The position numbers were made by a program, and so were the translations under genes. Positions 26,051-39,818 of a DNA stretch of 64,000 nt are shown in pieces; the stretch's first letter is position 1; every line of letters begins with the position of its first letter. This DNA comes from Octopus vulgaris. Lineage: Eukaryota. A model generated the notes under the pieces. It was not told the origin of the DNA. It saw only the letters and a program-made list of their open reading frames with translations, and searched no databases. The DNA is taken from assembly GCA_951406725.2 (NCBI GenBank), contig OX597818.1, forward strand, positions 118,110,001 through 118,174,000. The letters run 5' to 3'.

Positions 26051-26641
26051 GCGAGCTGGGAGAAACGTTAGCACGCCGGGCGAAATGCGTAGCCGTATTT
26101 CGTTTACCGTTTCGACCTGAGTTCAAATTCCGCCGAGGTCGACTTTGCCTTCATCCTTTCGGGGTCGATAAATTAAGTACCAGGTACCACTTGGGGCGAT
26201 GTGATCGACTTAACCCGTTTGTCTGTCCTTGTTTGTCCCCTCTATGTTTAGCCCCTTGTGGGTAATAAAGAAATAGGTATTTCGTCTGTCGTTACGTTCT
26301 GAGTTCAAATTCCGCCGAGGTCGAGTTTGCCTTTCATCCTTTCGGGGTCGATAAATTAAGTACCAGTTACGCACTGGGGTTTATGTAATTCACTTAATCC
26401 GTTTGTCTGTCCTTGTTTGTCCCCTCTGTGTTTAGCCCCTTGTGGGTAATAAAGAAATAGGTATTTCGTCTGTCGTTACGTTCTGAGTTCAAATTCCACC
26501 GAGGTCGAGTTTGCCTTTCATTCTTTCGGGGTCGATAAATTAAGTACCAGTTACGCCCTGGGGTCGATGTAATTCACTCAATCCGTTTGTCTGTCCTTGT
26601 TTGTCCCCTCTATGTTTAGCCCCTTGTGGGTAATAAAGAAA
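26051..26641 (+). mobile_element. SINE family B, trimer (183-bp period)
   Basis: Units start at 26095, 26278 and 26461 (gtatttcgt..aaagaaatag). Confidence 0.92.
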
Positions 26642-27109
26642 CAGATTCTACGAGAAATTATAATATAACCACTATTTTTTTTATGGGAAGTGTTGTACAT
26701 GGAGTAGAGTACAATAAGCAGACATCTACATTATTACATGAAACCATGACCAGAGATTCCAGTAGATTATCAAGAAGAATCACGATAATAAATCGTTGCA
26801 AATTCTTCTGTTTTTCCCCAAACGATAGCATGTTTGGGACGCTAATGGACGCGAGTAATATTAAGATCATTGATTAACTGCATCGTTGCGTATGCATAAT
26901 AATCGTGATGGACTGTTATGCGTATAGAGTCATGCAGTGAATCAATGATTTTGAAAATTTTTCACTAGGGAGGAATAAAATAACACATGTGCATTATCTA
27001 TAGCATTGGAAATTTGAAGTAACGACTACTATAAATTTAGGAACTAACATCAATGTATTACAAAGATTTGATATATGAAAAAGAAGCATAATTTCCTACA
27101 TGTTCTTGA

Positions 27110-27516
27110 GTGTGTGTATGTATGTATGTCTATCTGTCTATCTATCTATGTATCTATATCTATCTACATATATATACATATATATACATATATATACATG
27201 TATATATATATATATATATACACACATATATACATATACATATATATATATGTATATGTATATATGTATATATATATGTATATATATACATATATATATA
27301 TATATAAATATATGTATATATGTATATATATGTATATATATGCATATATATACATATATATATACATATATACATATATATATATAAATATGTACATGTA
27401 TACGTATTTATATATGTATATATGCATATATATATATATATATGTGTGTGTGTATATATATATATGTATATATATATACATATGTGTGTATATATATATA
27501 TACACACATATGTATA

Positions 27517-27547
<31 letters not shown>

Positions 27548-27590
27548 TTATGTGTGTGTGTTTGTTGTGTGTATGTGTGTGAGTGTTTGT
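27110..27590. repeat. Compound TA/TG-rich microsatellite
   Basis: Directly visible. Confidence 0.95.
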
Positions 27591-27845
27591 GTGTCGAACA
27601 CCCACCATCTGGAAATTTTATGAAGCAAATAACGTTGGCAATAAAGGATTCCGTAACTATTCTCATTCTTCCGATTAAAGATTTCGTATTGGATGTGGCA
27701 AAAGTGGAGAGAAACATTCGATCATGTACAACTTAATGACACAATTCATAGAACATAACACACTGTGAACACACAAGAGTACAACAACTTGTAGGAATTG
27801 TGATCCTATTGAATTCCCTATTTAGAAATCACCTCCACGAAAATG

Positions 27846-29104
27846 TATTGGGCTGTACGGAAAGTTCGTGCCGATTTTTAAAGGAAAGAAAAAGGTCAAT
27901 AAATATTGCCATTACATTTTTAATCAACCAAACATGAACCATTTTGTTGCACAATGCGTCTCAATATTTCCTTTAACTTGAAAATACCCTCCTTCCAAAA
28001 TTGGGGTGGTTTAATGGCAAAGAATTCATTATGTCATCCAAGGAATTGAATTTTTTTACCATTAAGGGTATTCTACACATACCTGAATAAGTGGAAATCC
28101 GAAGGAGCAATATCTGCTGAATATGGAGTGTGGGGTAACACATACCAGCAGAGCTGCAGCCTTTTTTTGTCTAGGTCCCAAAGAAATGTGCTGTCTTGCG
28201 TTATCATGTTGGAAACCAACACCCTTCCCGTTGGCCAATTTTGGACGTTTCTCTTGAATTGCTGCTTTTAACTCGTCCAGTTGTGTGCAGTATTTCTCAG
28301 AATTAATTATCTGGTTACTTGGGAGAAGCTTATAGTACAGAATTCCTTTCCAATCCCACCTGACACAAAGCAAAACTTTTTTAGGGTGAAGACCCGCTTT
28401 TGGGATGGCTGAGGTTGGCTCATGTCGCTTACTCCAGGATCGCTTTCTCTGAACATTTCGTTAGAAAATCCATTTCTCATCACCTGACACAATTTTCTTT
28501 AAAACAGGTGTTTTCATTCCGGTCATAAAGCGAATCACAGTTGGAAATGAGATCCAAAAGGTTCTTCTCACTCAACTCATGTGGTACCCAAACATCGTAG
28601 CGATTTGTGTATTCAAGCTTTACCAGGTGCTCATGAACGACGAATTTCGATAGGTTGAGGTTTTCTGCCAATTCTCGGGTTATTCTCAATTAATGACTTG
28701 ATTTGGTCACCATCTGTAGTGGATTATCTGGGTCTGTCTGATCGCTCTTTATCAATAAGGCTACAATCTCCAGCTCGGAACCTTGCGAACCACTTCCGTA
28801 CAGTTCTTTCGGATAAAGAGACATCACCACAAACTGCGCATATTTCTTTGGTTGCTTGTGAGGCATTTTTCCCTTTACGGAAAAAGAAAAGCATCAAGTG
28901 CCGAAAACGAACTTTCTTATCTCCATTTTACAGGATTACAGAATTAACACATGTTATAGGAACATAAGCCTTCTTCCACGAAAAGATAGCTTAAACTGTG
29001 CTCTAAATGGAGGTGTGGTCAAATCCTATTTTATGGACTCAACCATGTTCTAAAATAAGTCGAAAGTTAAGCTACTATAAATCGACTTTCCGGACAAACC
29101 AATA
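27846..29104 (-). mobile_element. Full-length decayed mariner DNA transposon
   Basis: TA-flanked TIRs TTGGGCTGTACGGAAAG / CTTTCCGGACAAACCAA, about 1.26 kb. Transposase fragments RTVRKWFARFR, WVPHELSEKN, WDWKGILYYKLL, FQHDNARQH, YSADIAPSDFHLF, with multiple frameshifts. Confidence 0.93.
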
Positions 29105-30149
29105 GTATTATTAACCACAAACAATACGTAATAAAATTTTCACCAATGGCTTATGAAAAACAATTTATTGCTGCCTGAGTATAAAAATTCTTTCACAACT
29201 ATTTTTAAGCGACTCACTCTATAGTTGTGTTCGAAACTCCTTTTTTGCCTATGGATCCCTTTGAAACCTATTTTATTCTCGTGGACCCTCATCGCCAACT
29301 GGTGTTTAGAAACTAGTTTTATAGGCACTTCTTTCAAAATTCCTACTCTGTTTATTACTTGTGCTATGTAAAACAGAGTGAAAAATAAACGAAACTAGCA
29401 GTTTCTTGTAATATATACATCTAAACATATTTTTCCAAGGACCCTTAAAATAATAGTGAACAGGTTTTGTTATTTTGCTTGTGTGGTTCCCGCATAATAT
29501 TATATGGATCCCATGGGTCATATGGACTCCGGTTCAGAACCATTGAACATTTGTAGAGTGTACACAAGTTTAAAAATCTATATTTTGAATCACGTATATT
29601 TCCATCAACTTCACTTAAAATTGTCTGTGTATGCCTTGTCAAAACTACGTTCTATATAATTTAAAGATGTTTACGTATTTCAGAATTACCAGTTCTAGAA
29701 TTTATACGCTGACAATACAAATCTCTTTTAGGGATAATAGTTTTAACATCTCATGTAAACAAAACATTTTCGCTCATTAGCTTTATTGCATACTGTTTTT
29801 TTTTTCGCTTTTTTCTTCGTTTTTGCTCTCTATGTATGTTGAATAGAAAAAAAAAACTGCTTGCATATTAACTTCAAGTTCCTTATTAGGAGGCACAGTT
29901 GCGGTTACATGCAATCTCTTAAAATAAGAACCTTCACAACTACATTCCCATGTTAGTGTTTCTTTACATATGCTAACATATCTTGTTTCTGTACGTTTGA
30001 TGTACTTCTGTAAATGTAAGTCTTACAATTACAGTATTGAATCAATCTTTGTGTATTGCTGTCCTTTGCAGTTCTTTGTGTATCGCAACAAAGAGAGCAG
30101 ATATGGTGAACGAAGTGCTGAATGTGCCTCTTTAACTCTGTAGGGTCGC

Positions 30150-30870
30150 ACATGCGGCACACACTTCTCATTATTCTGATGAAGTCTGCCATCAATATAT
30201 TGAATTTGGCATTGTCCACGGTAACCGAATTCCGGTGGATCAGGTATATGGAGGCCATAGGTTTGGCATAGTTTGAATGAGAGATTTCGGTTTTATTATT
30301 CACAGTTTCCAGTCACAGTTCTGTATTTAATACTGGTAGAATATTGTTAGAGTGTTTCGTAGGGTAGTCTATCGTGACCTTAATACTCTGGTGGATGGAG
30401 TTAGCTATTTGCTTGATGCTCTTCATAGTATTAGTTTCTATTTCTGTTTCAAGAGTACTCTCTTGTCGGAGTGCCTTTACCACTATATTGATATCATTGA
30501 CATAGTGAGAGTACATGTTCATAAGTATGGAGTTCTATGCCAGGCGTTTTTAAGCTTCCTGTCCCACCATACCATGAAAAGGTTGGCCACGTCCCCTGCG
30601 ATACTAACCCCGATGGCTACCCCCTAATCTTGGGCGTATATTTTGTTGTTAAACTTAAACGTGTGATCGTTTAGGGTGACTCTTATACTAGCTCCTAGGG
30701 CATGTGCAATCATTTTCTTTACTTGATATTCGTTTTCGTGGGTCCCTATGGCTCTGGTCCACCCACTCCATCTCTCTACAGGGATCTTCCTAGTAATAGA
30801 TGTAATTGTAGGTTGTCTACCTCTTAGACGTCTACTGGGGCAGAAAATTCTAAGGTAATGTTTGTCTAGA
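30150..30870 (-). pseudogene. Penelope-like RT fragment, Naiad-like
   Basis: FKFNNKIYAQD*GVAIGVSIAGDVANLFMVWWD..YSHYVNDINI..ANSIHQSIKVTIDYPTKHSNNILPVL..YAKPMAS..KFNILMADFIRIMR. Confidence 0.75.
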
Positions 30871-31387
30871 TATTCGATGTTGTATGTCAGTCTCAGAGAA
30901 AACGAGAATGAAACACTAGAACACACCCACAACACATCACAACTTATGACTGAATAAGAACCTCGTAAACTGATAATAGTATGAACATAATGCAATACAC
31001 AGATAAACAAATGGAATTCAATAACTGTATACATGAACAAAATAACATAAGTTAAATTAATACAAAAAAGAAGGAAAAGAAAAAGTAAGTAGGTACAAAC
31101 AAATGAATAAAATAAATAAAGTAAATTAATCGAACGTGTATAAACAGAGAATATTGAAAATGCAGGCCTATTCCCCCCACTTACTAAGCATAGACGCACA
31201 CAGAGACATACGCATGCGCAAATAAAAGATATATACAATTGGAATACAAAATGGCAGATCGTTCATAAGGAGAGATACACCAAAAAGAAAGACGAAACTA
31301 AAGGAACACAGATGAGGTCACAGAAGTGTGATGAAAGAACTCTGGCCGAAATACAATATAAAATATAGCTGAAGCAAGTGAACACTA

Positions 31388-31608
<221 letters not shown>

Positions 31609-31721
31609 TGCGTGTGTTTTCATATGCTAAACTGGAAACATGAGCATCCCCAAATACAACAATATCTGTTTCAACACACAAATTCACGTCAAGAATCTTG
31701 CAAAGCGAATATCTTACCGTA

Positions 31722-31766
<45 letters not shown>

Positions 31767-32617
31767 AAGATGAAGAGAGAGGGAGAGGGAGGGGGAGAGA
31801 TATAGAAAGAGAGAAAAGTAGAATCAAGAAAAACGTACTCCATCCAGTGAGAGATAAATATCAATTTCATGCACAACCGAATGAGCTACTGATAGTTGCA
31901 AGTTTTTATGTTACTTGAACAGGCATTTTTATGTAATACACCATTCCCCAGGCTCTGTTCATGCGTTATATATATTTTAGAACCAAAAACACAGGACAGT
32001 GATAAAATAAGAAAAAAAAAACAACTTGGAAAAAAAGTGGAGATTGTTGGTGCAAAAAATTGAAATAGAAAAATAAACGAAATCAAAAAATCTAACATCT
32101 TAATCTTACATGAGAGCAGAAAGCTCATTAAATACCACTGGTATAAATTAAAATAACAGAAAATAAATATGCGAGACAGAATCTCAATCCGGAGACAGTA
32201 GTGACCACCAGTTCGATAAAAGAAATCTGGCCACGTATTTACAGCTGCTAAAAATTTCAGATATGCAATAATAGGGTTGATATAAACGACTAACCTCTAT
32301 CCCAAGTTGCTGGCATTGGCCAAAATTTGACGTCAATATCAATTGCCTCACACTGCAACGAACTGGCAGAATCATTAGCAAGCCGAACAAAATGCTTAGT
32401 GTCTTTGGGTTCTAAGTTCGGCGTGGCCGATTTTGTATTTCATCCTGTCGGAGTCGAGAAAATAAGTACAACTGAGATCGATGTAATCGATTAGCTTCCT
32501 CATATGAAATTACTGCTGAAATTTGAAGCCAATCCAATTTGCTTTTAATATTCATTTCTATACTCATGACTTATAATATCACACTGGATTTGTTTAAAGG
32601 CTTCAATATGCGTGAAT

Positions 32618-32924
32618 GTGGAGGCGCAATGGCCCAGTGGTTAGGGCAGCAGACACGTGGTCGGAGGATCACGGTTTCAATTCCCAGACCGGGCGTTGTA
32701 TGTTTTTATTGAGCGAAAACACCTAAAAGCTCCACGATGCTCAGGTGGTGGCGACCCCTGTTGTACTCTTTCGCTCCAACTCTCTCTTCCTGTTTCTTGA
32801 GTAACGTTGCGATGGACTGGCATCCCGTCCAGCTGGGGGGAACACATACGCCACAAAAACCGGGAAACCGGGCCCATAAACCTGACTAGGCTTGAAAAAG
32901 GCGCATAAGTAAATAAAATATATA
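32618..32924 (+). mobile_element. SINE family A with 13-bp TSD
   Basis: A box TGGCCCAGTGG, B box GGTTTCAATTCCC, TSD aatatgcgtgaat. Confidence 0.92.
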
Positions 32925-33414
32925 ATATGCGTGAATAGGGACCATGCAAAATTAGTATGTTCTTACCATTTTACCGTAAAGCAAGCCCCAATCTAGGGTA
33001 CACGATGATTAGGGTATCACTGAATCTGGTCAAAATTTGCTTGTGGGGGCCGGTTTGTATTAAATTAGTTATTACTGTATTGCAGAGTTAAACAGGCTGT
33101 GATGTATACGGAAAAAGCAATTAGCTAACTGGTCACTAAAATATTTAATCTAGTCAGCTAAAATTGTATTATTTGTAAATATAGCATTAATCAGTATAAA
33201 CAAAATATTATTTTAACGAATATCTATGCCAAAGTAGGTATTGGACACAACTGTTGGGCTTACTTTAATTAAAGAAGGCGAAAAAATATTGCAGTTGTGG
33301 TTAATGAATATTCTGTGAAATATGGTGACAACTTCTGGCATGTTTTGAACCCACTTAATATACAGATGTTCAACAGCAGACGACGATTCATTCTATATGT
33401 ATAGAATACAGTTG

Positions 33415-33453
<39 letters not shown>

Positions 33454-33873
33454 GTGTGTACGCGTGCGTAGCGTTTATACGTGAGTGTGTGTGTAAATAA
33501 GTGTATATATGTATATCTCACATACCCACATTTCATCATCGTATTTTCCACTTCAAATCTTGTAGTGTTTTCATAGACTATATTTTTCTCGCATTTTTCA
33601 ATTCCAGAAGTAAATATCATGACGTTGTTTACGTAGATGGATTGTCGTAATATATACACAAAAAATAATCTCTTATGAAATAGTTTCTGAAACAAGTTCC
33701 TTAAAGGTATATTTCCAGGGACATAATGAGAAACAAAATGCTTATATTGTGAGACAACTATACGTAAGCAGAGTTTTGCCTCTTCATAAAGTTTCCTTAC
33801 ATAAAATAAAAAAAGAAAGAGAACCAGTTTCAAAGGGAACTGATGCAACCAACGAAGAAACGATGAAGATAGA

Positions 33874-33917
<44 letters not shown>

Positions 33918-33992
33918 TTTTTTCTATCTTCATCGTTCAGTCGCCATGATAGATCAATAGCCACTACAAACATATTTTTTCACTTCTTGTTC

Positions 33993-34028
33993 CTTTCTGT
34001 GGAAGGGCGTAGGCTCGAAACGTAAAAG
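33993..34028 (+). ncRNA. Minimal hammerhead-like motif with A6U core variant
   Basis: CTTT-CTGTGGA-A-GGGC(gtag)GCTC-GAAA-CG-TA-AAAG, in an element with an inverted repeat around (TA)n (33859-33936). A related truncated piece is at about 42995-43101. Confidence 0.5.
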
Positions 34029-34079
34029 ACTTTTTCAATTCCCGAATGTTATACTAATACATCTGTTTGTTTTCTACAC

Positions 34080-34490
34080 AGGAGTGGCTGTGTGGTAAGT
34101 AGCTTGCTAACCAACCACATGGTTCCGGGTTCAGTCCCACTGCGTGGCACCGTGGGCAAGTGTCTTCTGCTATAGCCTCGGGCCGACCAAAGCCTTGTGA
34201 GTGGATTTGGTAGACGGAAACTGAAAGAAGCCTGTCGTATATATGTATATATATATGTGTGTTTGTGTGTATATGTATTTGTGTGTCTGTGTTTGTCCCG
34301 CTAGCATTGCTTGACAACCGATGCTGGTGTGTTTACGTCCCCGTCACTTAGCGGTTCGGCAAAAGAGAACGATAGAATAAGTACTGGGCTTACAAGGAAT
34401 AAGTCCCGGGGTCGATTTGCTCGACTAAAGGCGGTGCTCCAGCATGGCCGCAGTCAAATGACTGAAACAAGTAAAAAGAAAAAAGAAAAA
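34080..34490 (+). mobile_element. SINE family C
   Basis: Close match to 9321-9722. Confidence 0.92.
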
Positions 34491-34539
34491 AGAAAAAAAG
34501 TGTCTTCGTCTTTCGTTTTTTTTTCAGTGAATTCCTCCC

Positions 34540-34587
<48 letters not shown>

Positions 34588-34606
34588 ATGTGTGTGTGTA
34601 TTTATG

Positions 34607-34656
<50 letters not shown>

Positions 34657-34742
34657 ATATATATATATGTATATGTATGTATTTGTATGTATATGTATAT
34701 ATATGTATATATAATCATACGTGTATATATATATATATACTA

Positions 34743-34807
<65 letters not shown>

Positions 34808-35579
34808 TACATGTACGTATCTATATATGTATACATATATTCTGCCTGCAGATGCATGATTCTCGAAATATTTTCGCAATTTATCAAACAATTTATCAGT
34901 ACGAAGTTTTCTTAATGCCGGTCTCTTCGATTATCTGCTACTGGAAACTCAGTATTGATATCGACACTCCGGACTTCTCTTGTGTTAAGTCTGTTGATTA
35001 TTACAGCAGATGAATGCCATCCACAGCGTAAATATATTTTGATATATTGCAAAAAAAAAACAAAAAACATTCAGAAACTATTCCGCCATTGTTGAGCATC
35101 ATATATTTCCACCCTACTCATATTTCTTTTTTGCAATTTACTTATAAATGTACGCAATATATGAATCAATAATAAAGCATCTAACTACCATATATAGTAT
35201 GTCTTCCACCAGTTCTAGTTAGTTAAAAACGTGAAAAGTTACGCATGTGAATGTTGTTTTCCGTGATTGATGATTTGGGTTCAATCGTCCATTAAATTAC
35301 TTTCTGGTGGATGAAACGTTACATGTTACCAAACGTTCCAAGGACAAAGGTGCACAACATATTCCTCATGTAGATTCGGCGGGACACTGTGTGACGGATT
35401 TCTATCATTGGCTTCTACATAAAAACTATAACACCTCTTCCCAATTTCAATAAAGCTCAAATTGACTCCAGTAAACTGACTATTCGACCATGCCTACACA
35501 GGTCATTTCTGTCTTTTCAATACACACACACACGCACACACACACACGTGCGAAATTATGGTGTAAATAACTAATTAAA

Positions 35580-35644
<65 letters not shown>

Positions 35645-35663
35645 ATACACATATATATATATA

Positions 35664-36040
35664 TAATAAAATATTAGGGAATAAATCCAAACGTACAGGG
35701 AAAAATCAGTTTTAGGATTGAATCCAATTATATAGTAAAATATTATATTATATTAAATTAGAGATAAAACCACTATTAGGCAAATCATACAATGAAAAAC
35801 TTAAGCAATGCATAAGATTAATTAAATTATATTATTTTAAATATATATCAAAATTATTAAAAAAAGATAATTAGTATAACACTACGATCGTTTCATGGCT
35901 GTCCAATTCGTAAAAATTCGAGTTACAGTCAATCTTCAGGTGATTGAAATGTTTAACTTAGCGAGGTTTAATCATTGCTTCCGTTATTCATTGTATGATT
36001 TGCCTAATAGTGGTTTTATCTCTAATTTAATATAATATAT
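35664..36040 (-). mobile_element. (TA)n-flanked PLE-type terminus with partial inverted repeat and hammerhead (35878-35944)
   Basis: Minus strand reads CAC-CTGAAGA-ttgactgt..acagccat-GAAA-CGATCG-TA-GTG. Inverted arms 35745-35796 and 35987-36038. Confidence 0.7.
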
Positions 36041-36504
36041 ATATATACTGTTCTCCTCTAGGTATAAGGCCACAAATTTTGGGCTAGGGGGCCTTTCGAT
36101 TAGATCACACCCTAGTACACAACTAGTACTCAATTTATCGACTCTAAAAAAGGATGAAAAACGAAGTCGCCCTCGCTGGAATTTGAACTCAGAACTTATG
36201 GGCAGATGCTAAGCGTGGGAATGTATATTTAAGACGTTACAATAGGAATGGAGAATTCGGAGTTCTTATTCCTAGACTTCATTATTATGCTATAAGGTGT
36301 GGAAAATCCAAAGAAGCGGACTGAGGATTTGCCCATCGGGTGAAATACCGTGCAATTGTTTACCTTAAACAATTTCCCGTTGTGTCATGTCATCTCATGT
36401 GGTTAATGGTAGCCACATTATAAGGGAGTACATGCGAGGCACTTGCTCGAAATTAATATAGTTATCATGTCATTCATAAAATATATCTATACCTATATCT
36501 GTAA

Positions 36505-36615
<111 letters not shown>

Positions 36616-37434
36616 ATTGGCTGTCTATCTCGCTTTATATATATATGTTTGTGTGTATGCATCTTTGTGTGTGTGTGCGTGTATATATGTGTGTGTGCAT
36701 ATATGTATGCATATTCATACGTGTGTACATAAAAAATATAATTATTTTTATATAATTATGTGTATATAAATATCCATACATATACACAGAAAGTGTGCAA
36801 CCTATATTCAAATGTGTTTATGCCTGTAAATTTATGGGTGCGAATGTATTTTTTATATGTGGGTATAATTGGTAAAAATTTGAAAGATTTATATAGGGGT
36901 TAAAAGCAGCAGAAATATAGAGGGAGCAAATGAGCAAAGCAAAAACTGAATGAGAACGTCATTTTTTCTAATGAACTTTGAAAAATTATTAGAGTCTTCG
37001 GGCAAAAAAATTCTGAGATGTTACTCCTTTTCGCTGTTGACACTTTTCTAATAGTCCTGGGCGTTGGCATGGCGACAAATTTATGTTTGGAAACAATTTC
37101 TATTTTTTAAATTTTTTTATTTTTTGCTATTTCTCTTATTTTTACTATCTTTTGTTTATTTTAATTTTTGCAGTTTTACGTAACAAGATTATTTTTTCAT
37201 CTGAGTGTTTTGGTTCATTTTAAACTTTATTTATTTAGTTTTTTTAAGATATGTTATGCCATCATATACCGTTAGAGTTTGTTATAAATATTTATATTAT
37301 TATCCGTAGCATTGTTATTATTATCATAATTATTACTATAATTGTTATTATTTGTGTTGTTAAATGTTTTTATTATGTCTAGCGTAGTTAATTTTTTACG
37401 GTTATTAAAACTATTTTCATTACACCTCTTAAAC

Positions 37435-37539
<105 letters not shown>

Positions 37540-37872
37540 GTCAATAGTTTTGTTCCTGTTTTATTATTTATATTTAAAAGCATTTTTTAAGTTACTGTGA
37601 CACTTTCTTCTCTGAGAAAATATGCCACTGCATCTTGTGAAAGTTGTGTTTTTCTACAGGCGGAAGTTAGAAGCTTACAATCAACTACTAGAAATTCCAT
37701 GCAGTTTTACATATATATGACTAAGTAAGTATATATTCGCATTAGGATATGTCTTTACATACGAAAAGCATGTGTTAAGTTAGACGTATGTAAAGATTTA
37801 CATGAGAAAAACATGTACAAAGCAAAATTCTATATGTAGTGACATATTTTAACATACACATAAACATAAATG

Positions 37873-37922
<50 letters not shown>

Positions 37923-38188
37923 GTGTACCTTCTTATATATGCATTTGCGAACAAACGCGCGTATATGTCCATATAGGTTCATATTTATAAAATAGATAGA
38001 TGTGTTTGAATAGCGATTGAAAATTGTAATGATTGTATTTAGTTTCTATGCGGATATTTTCTAATACAGTGGACGCGTTAAATTACTGGTTTATTTGAGT
38101 TTCGCTCTAATATAGAAATATATTAATACATTCTTGTGTATATTCAAATACATATCTTTACACATAAGGCAGAATATGTACATATATG

Positions 38189-38248
<60 letters not shown>

Positions 38249-38372
38249 TATATTGTTATTATTATTATAATTATAATTAAGTGTATCTAAAATATACTAA
38301 CATGCTAGATATGATGTTTTTATTCCCATTCTAGCCACTTGACATGATCGGTATTTTAAATATTGATCTTAT

Positions 38373-38430
<58 letters not shown>

Positions 38431-38433
<3 letters not shown>

Positions 38434-39115
38434 ATTTAAACGCAGGTGTTATTCAATTTCTTTTACTTCCGACACATGTGTCGATGACAACATTGGTATT
38501 ATTCCGAAGGAATAGAATTGTGTAAAACAATATAATCTTTTCATCAGGAATAAAAAGAAAGAAGCCAAACTCATCAATAAGACTTTTCAACAGAATGTGA
38601 TGGATGTGTATAATGATGAACGGAACGTTATTAATTTTTTAAAAAGCCGTTAGAGGATATAACGCCAAACAAAGATTACCTGGAGGGTAAAGGTAAGAAA
38701 TAAGCAGCAAACTAATAAATGAGAAACACAGAGCGATATGTGAATTAAATAAAAGCTTAAAGGCTTAGAAAAAGATCTCGTGGAAGTGAAATGTAAGTAG
38801 AAAATCAATATGCAAACTATATATAATGCTAGATATCACAAGTGGGTATATGTGCTAAAAATTTGAAAGTTTCATATAGAGGTTAAAAGCAGCAGAAATA
38901 TGGAGGGAGTAGAGGGTCAAGATTACTAATGAACTTTGAAAAATTATTACATTTTTTCTTACAGACTTTTAAATATGCATACATGCCTGCACGTGCACAC
39001 ATATACACACTCACGCATATATACATACTTGCATAGATATATACATACCAATGTTGTCTTCGAAATATATGTCGAAAGTAAAAGAATTTGAATAACACCT
39101 GCATTTAAATCCATT
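38431..39115 (-). mobile_element. PLE-type terminus with about 70-bp inverted ends and a degenerate hammerhead (38467-38550)
   Basis: 38431-38499 is the inverse of 39045-39113. Minus strand reads TTC-CTGATGA..GACA-CATGTG-TC-GGAA, and the second arm keeps GAAA-TATATG-TC. 38842-38950 is also repeated at 36859-36990. Confidence 0.6.
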
Positions 39116-39315
39116 TTATTTATATATTTTATTTGTATATATTATACAAAATATTTCACTTCAAGATTCTACCTTTACCAACATGGCATAACGTCCTTAT
39201 TACATGAGTGATGTTTTGCTGCATTGGTAATTGTTTGTCTATTTTTCCGTGTTAATGGGTGTTAATGGTAAACACGAGAATAATACACACAGCCATAATT
39301 ATATATATATATATA

Positions 39316-39696
39316 CTCTATTACTCTTTTACTCTTTTACATGTTTCAGTCATTTGACTGCGGCCATGCTGGAGCACCGCCTTTAATCGAGCAACTCGAC
39401 CCCGGGACTTATTCTGTTATAAGCCTACTTATTCTATCGGTCTCTTTTGCCGAACCGCTAAGTAACGGGGACATAAACACACCAGCATCGGTTGTCAAGC
39501 AATGCTTGGGGGACAAACACAGACACACAAACACACACACGCATATTCATATACATATATATGACGGGCTTCTTCCAGTTTCCGTCGGCCCGAGACTATA
39601 GTAGAAGACACTTGCCCAAGGTGCCACGCAGTGGGACTGAACCCGGAACCATGTGGTTTGTAAACAAGCTACTTACCACACAGCCACTCCTACGCC

Positions 39697-39697
<1 letters not shown>
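39316..39697 (-). mobile_element. SINE family C
   Basis: Reverse complement of family C, with a small deletion. Confidence 0.92.
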
Positions 39698-39778
<81 letters not shown>

Positions 39779-39818
39779 CGGGATTCGTGAGCACGCTCAA
39801 GTTCAGTTTCCTTAATTC

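Noticed and set aside
26095-26641. CRISPR-like array or retrozyme
   Set aside because: Units are whole 183-bp SINE bodies with no unique spacers and no hammerhead core on either strand; the context is eukaryotic.
30313-30315. In-frame TGA in the Naiad-like RT as selenocysteine
   Set aside because: It falls where Trp is expected (PVLxxxLW), so TGG>TGA decay is more likely; the copy also has a TAG and a frameshift.
36316-36355. CTGAGGA..GCCC/GGGT-GAAA hammerhead candidate
   Set aside because: No UH plus stem I complement after GAAA.
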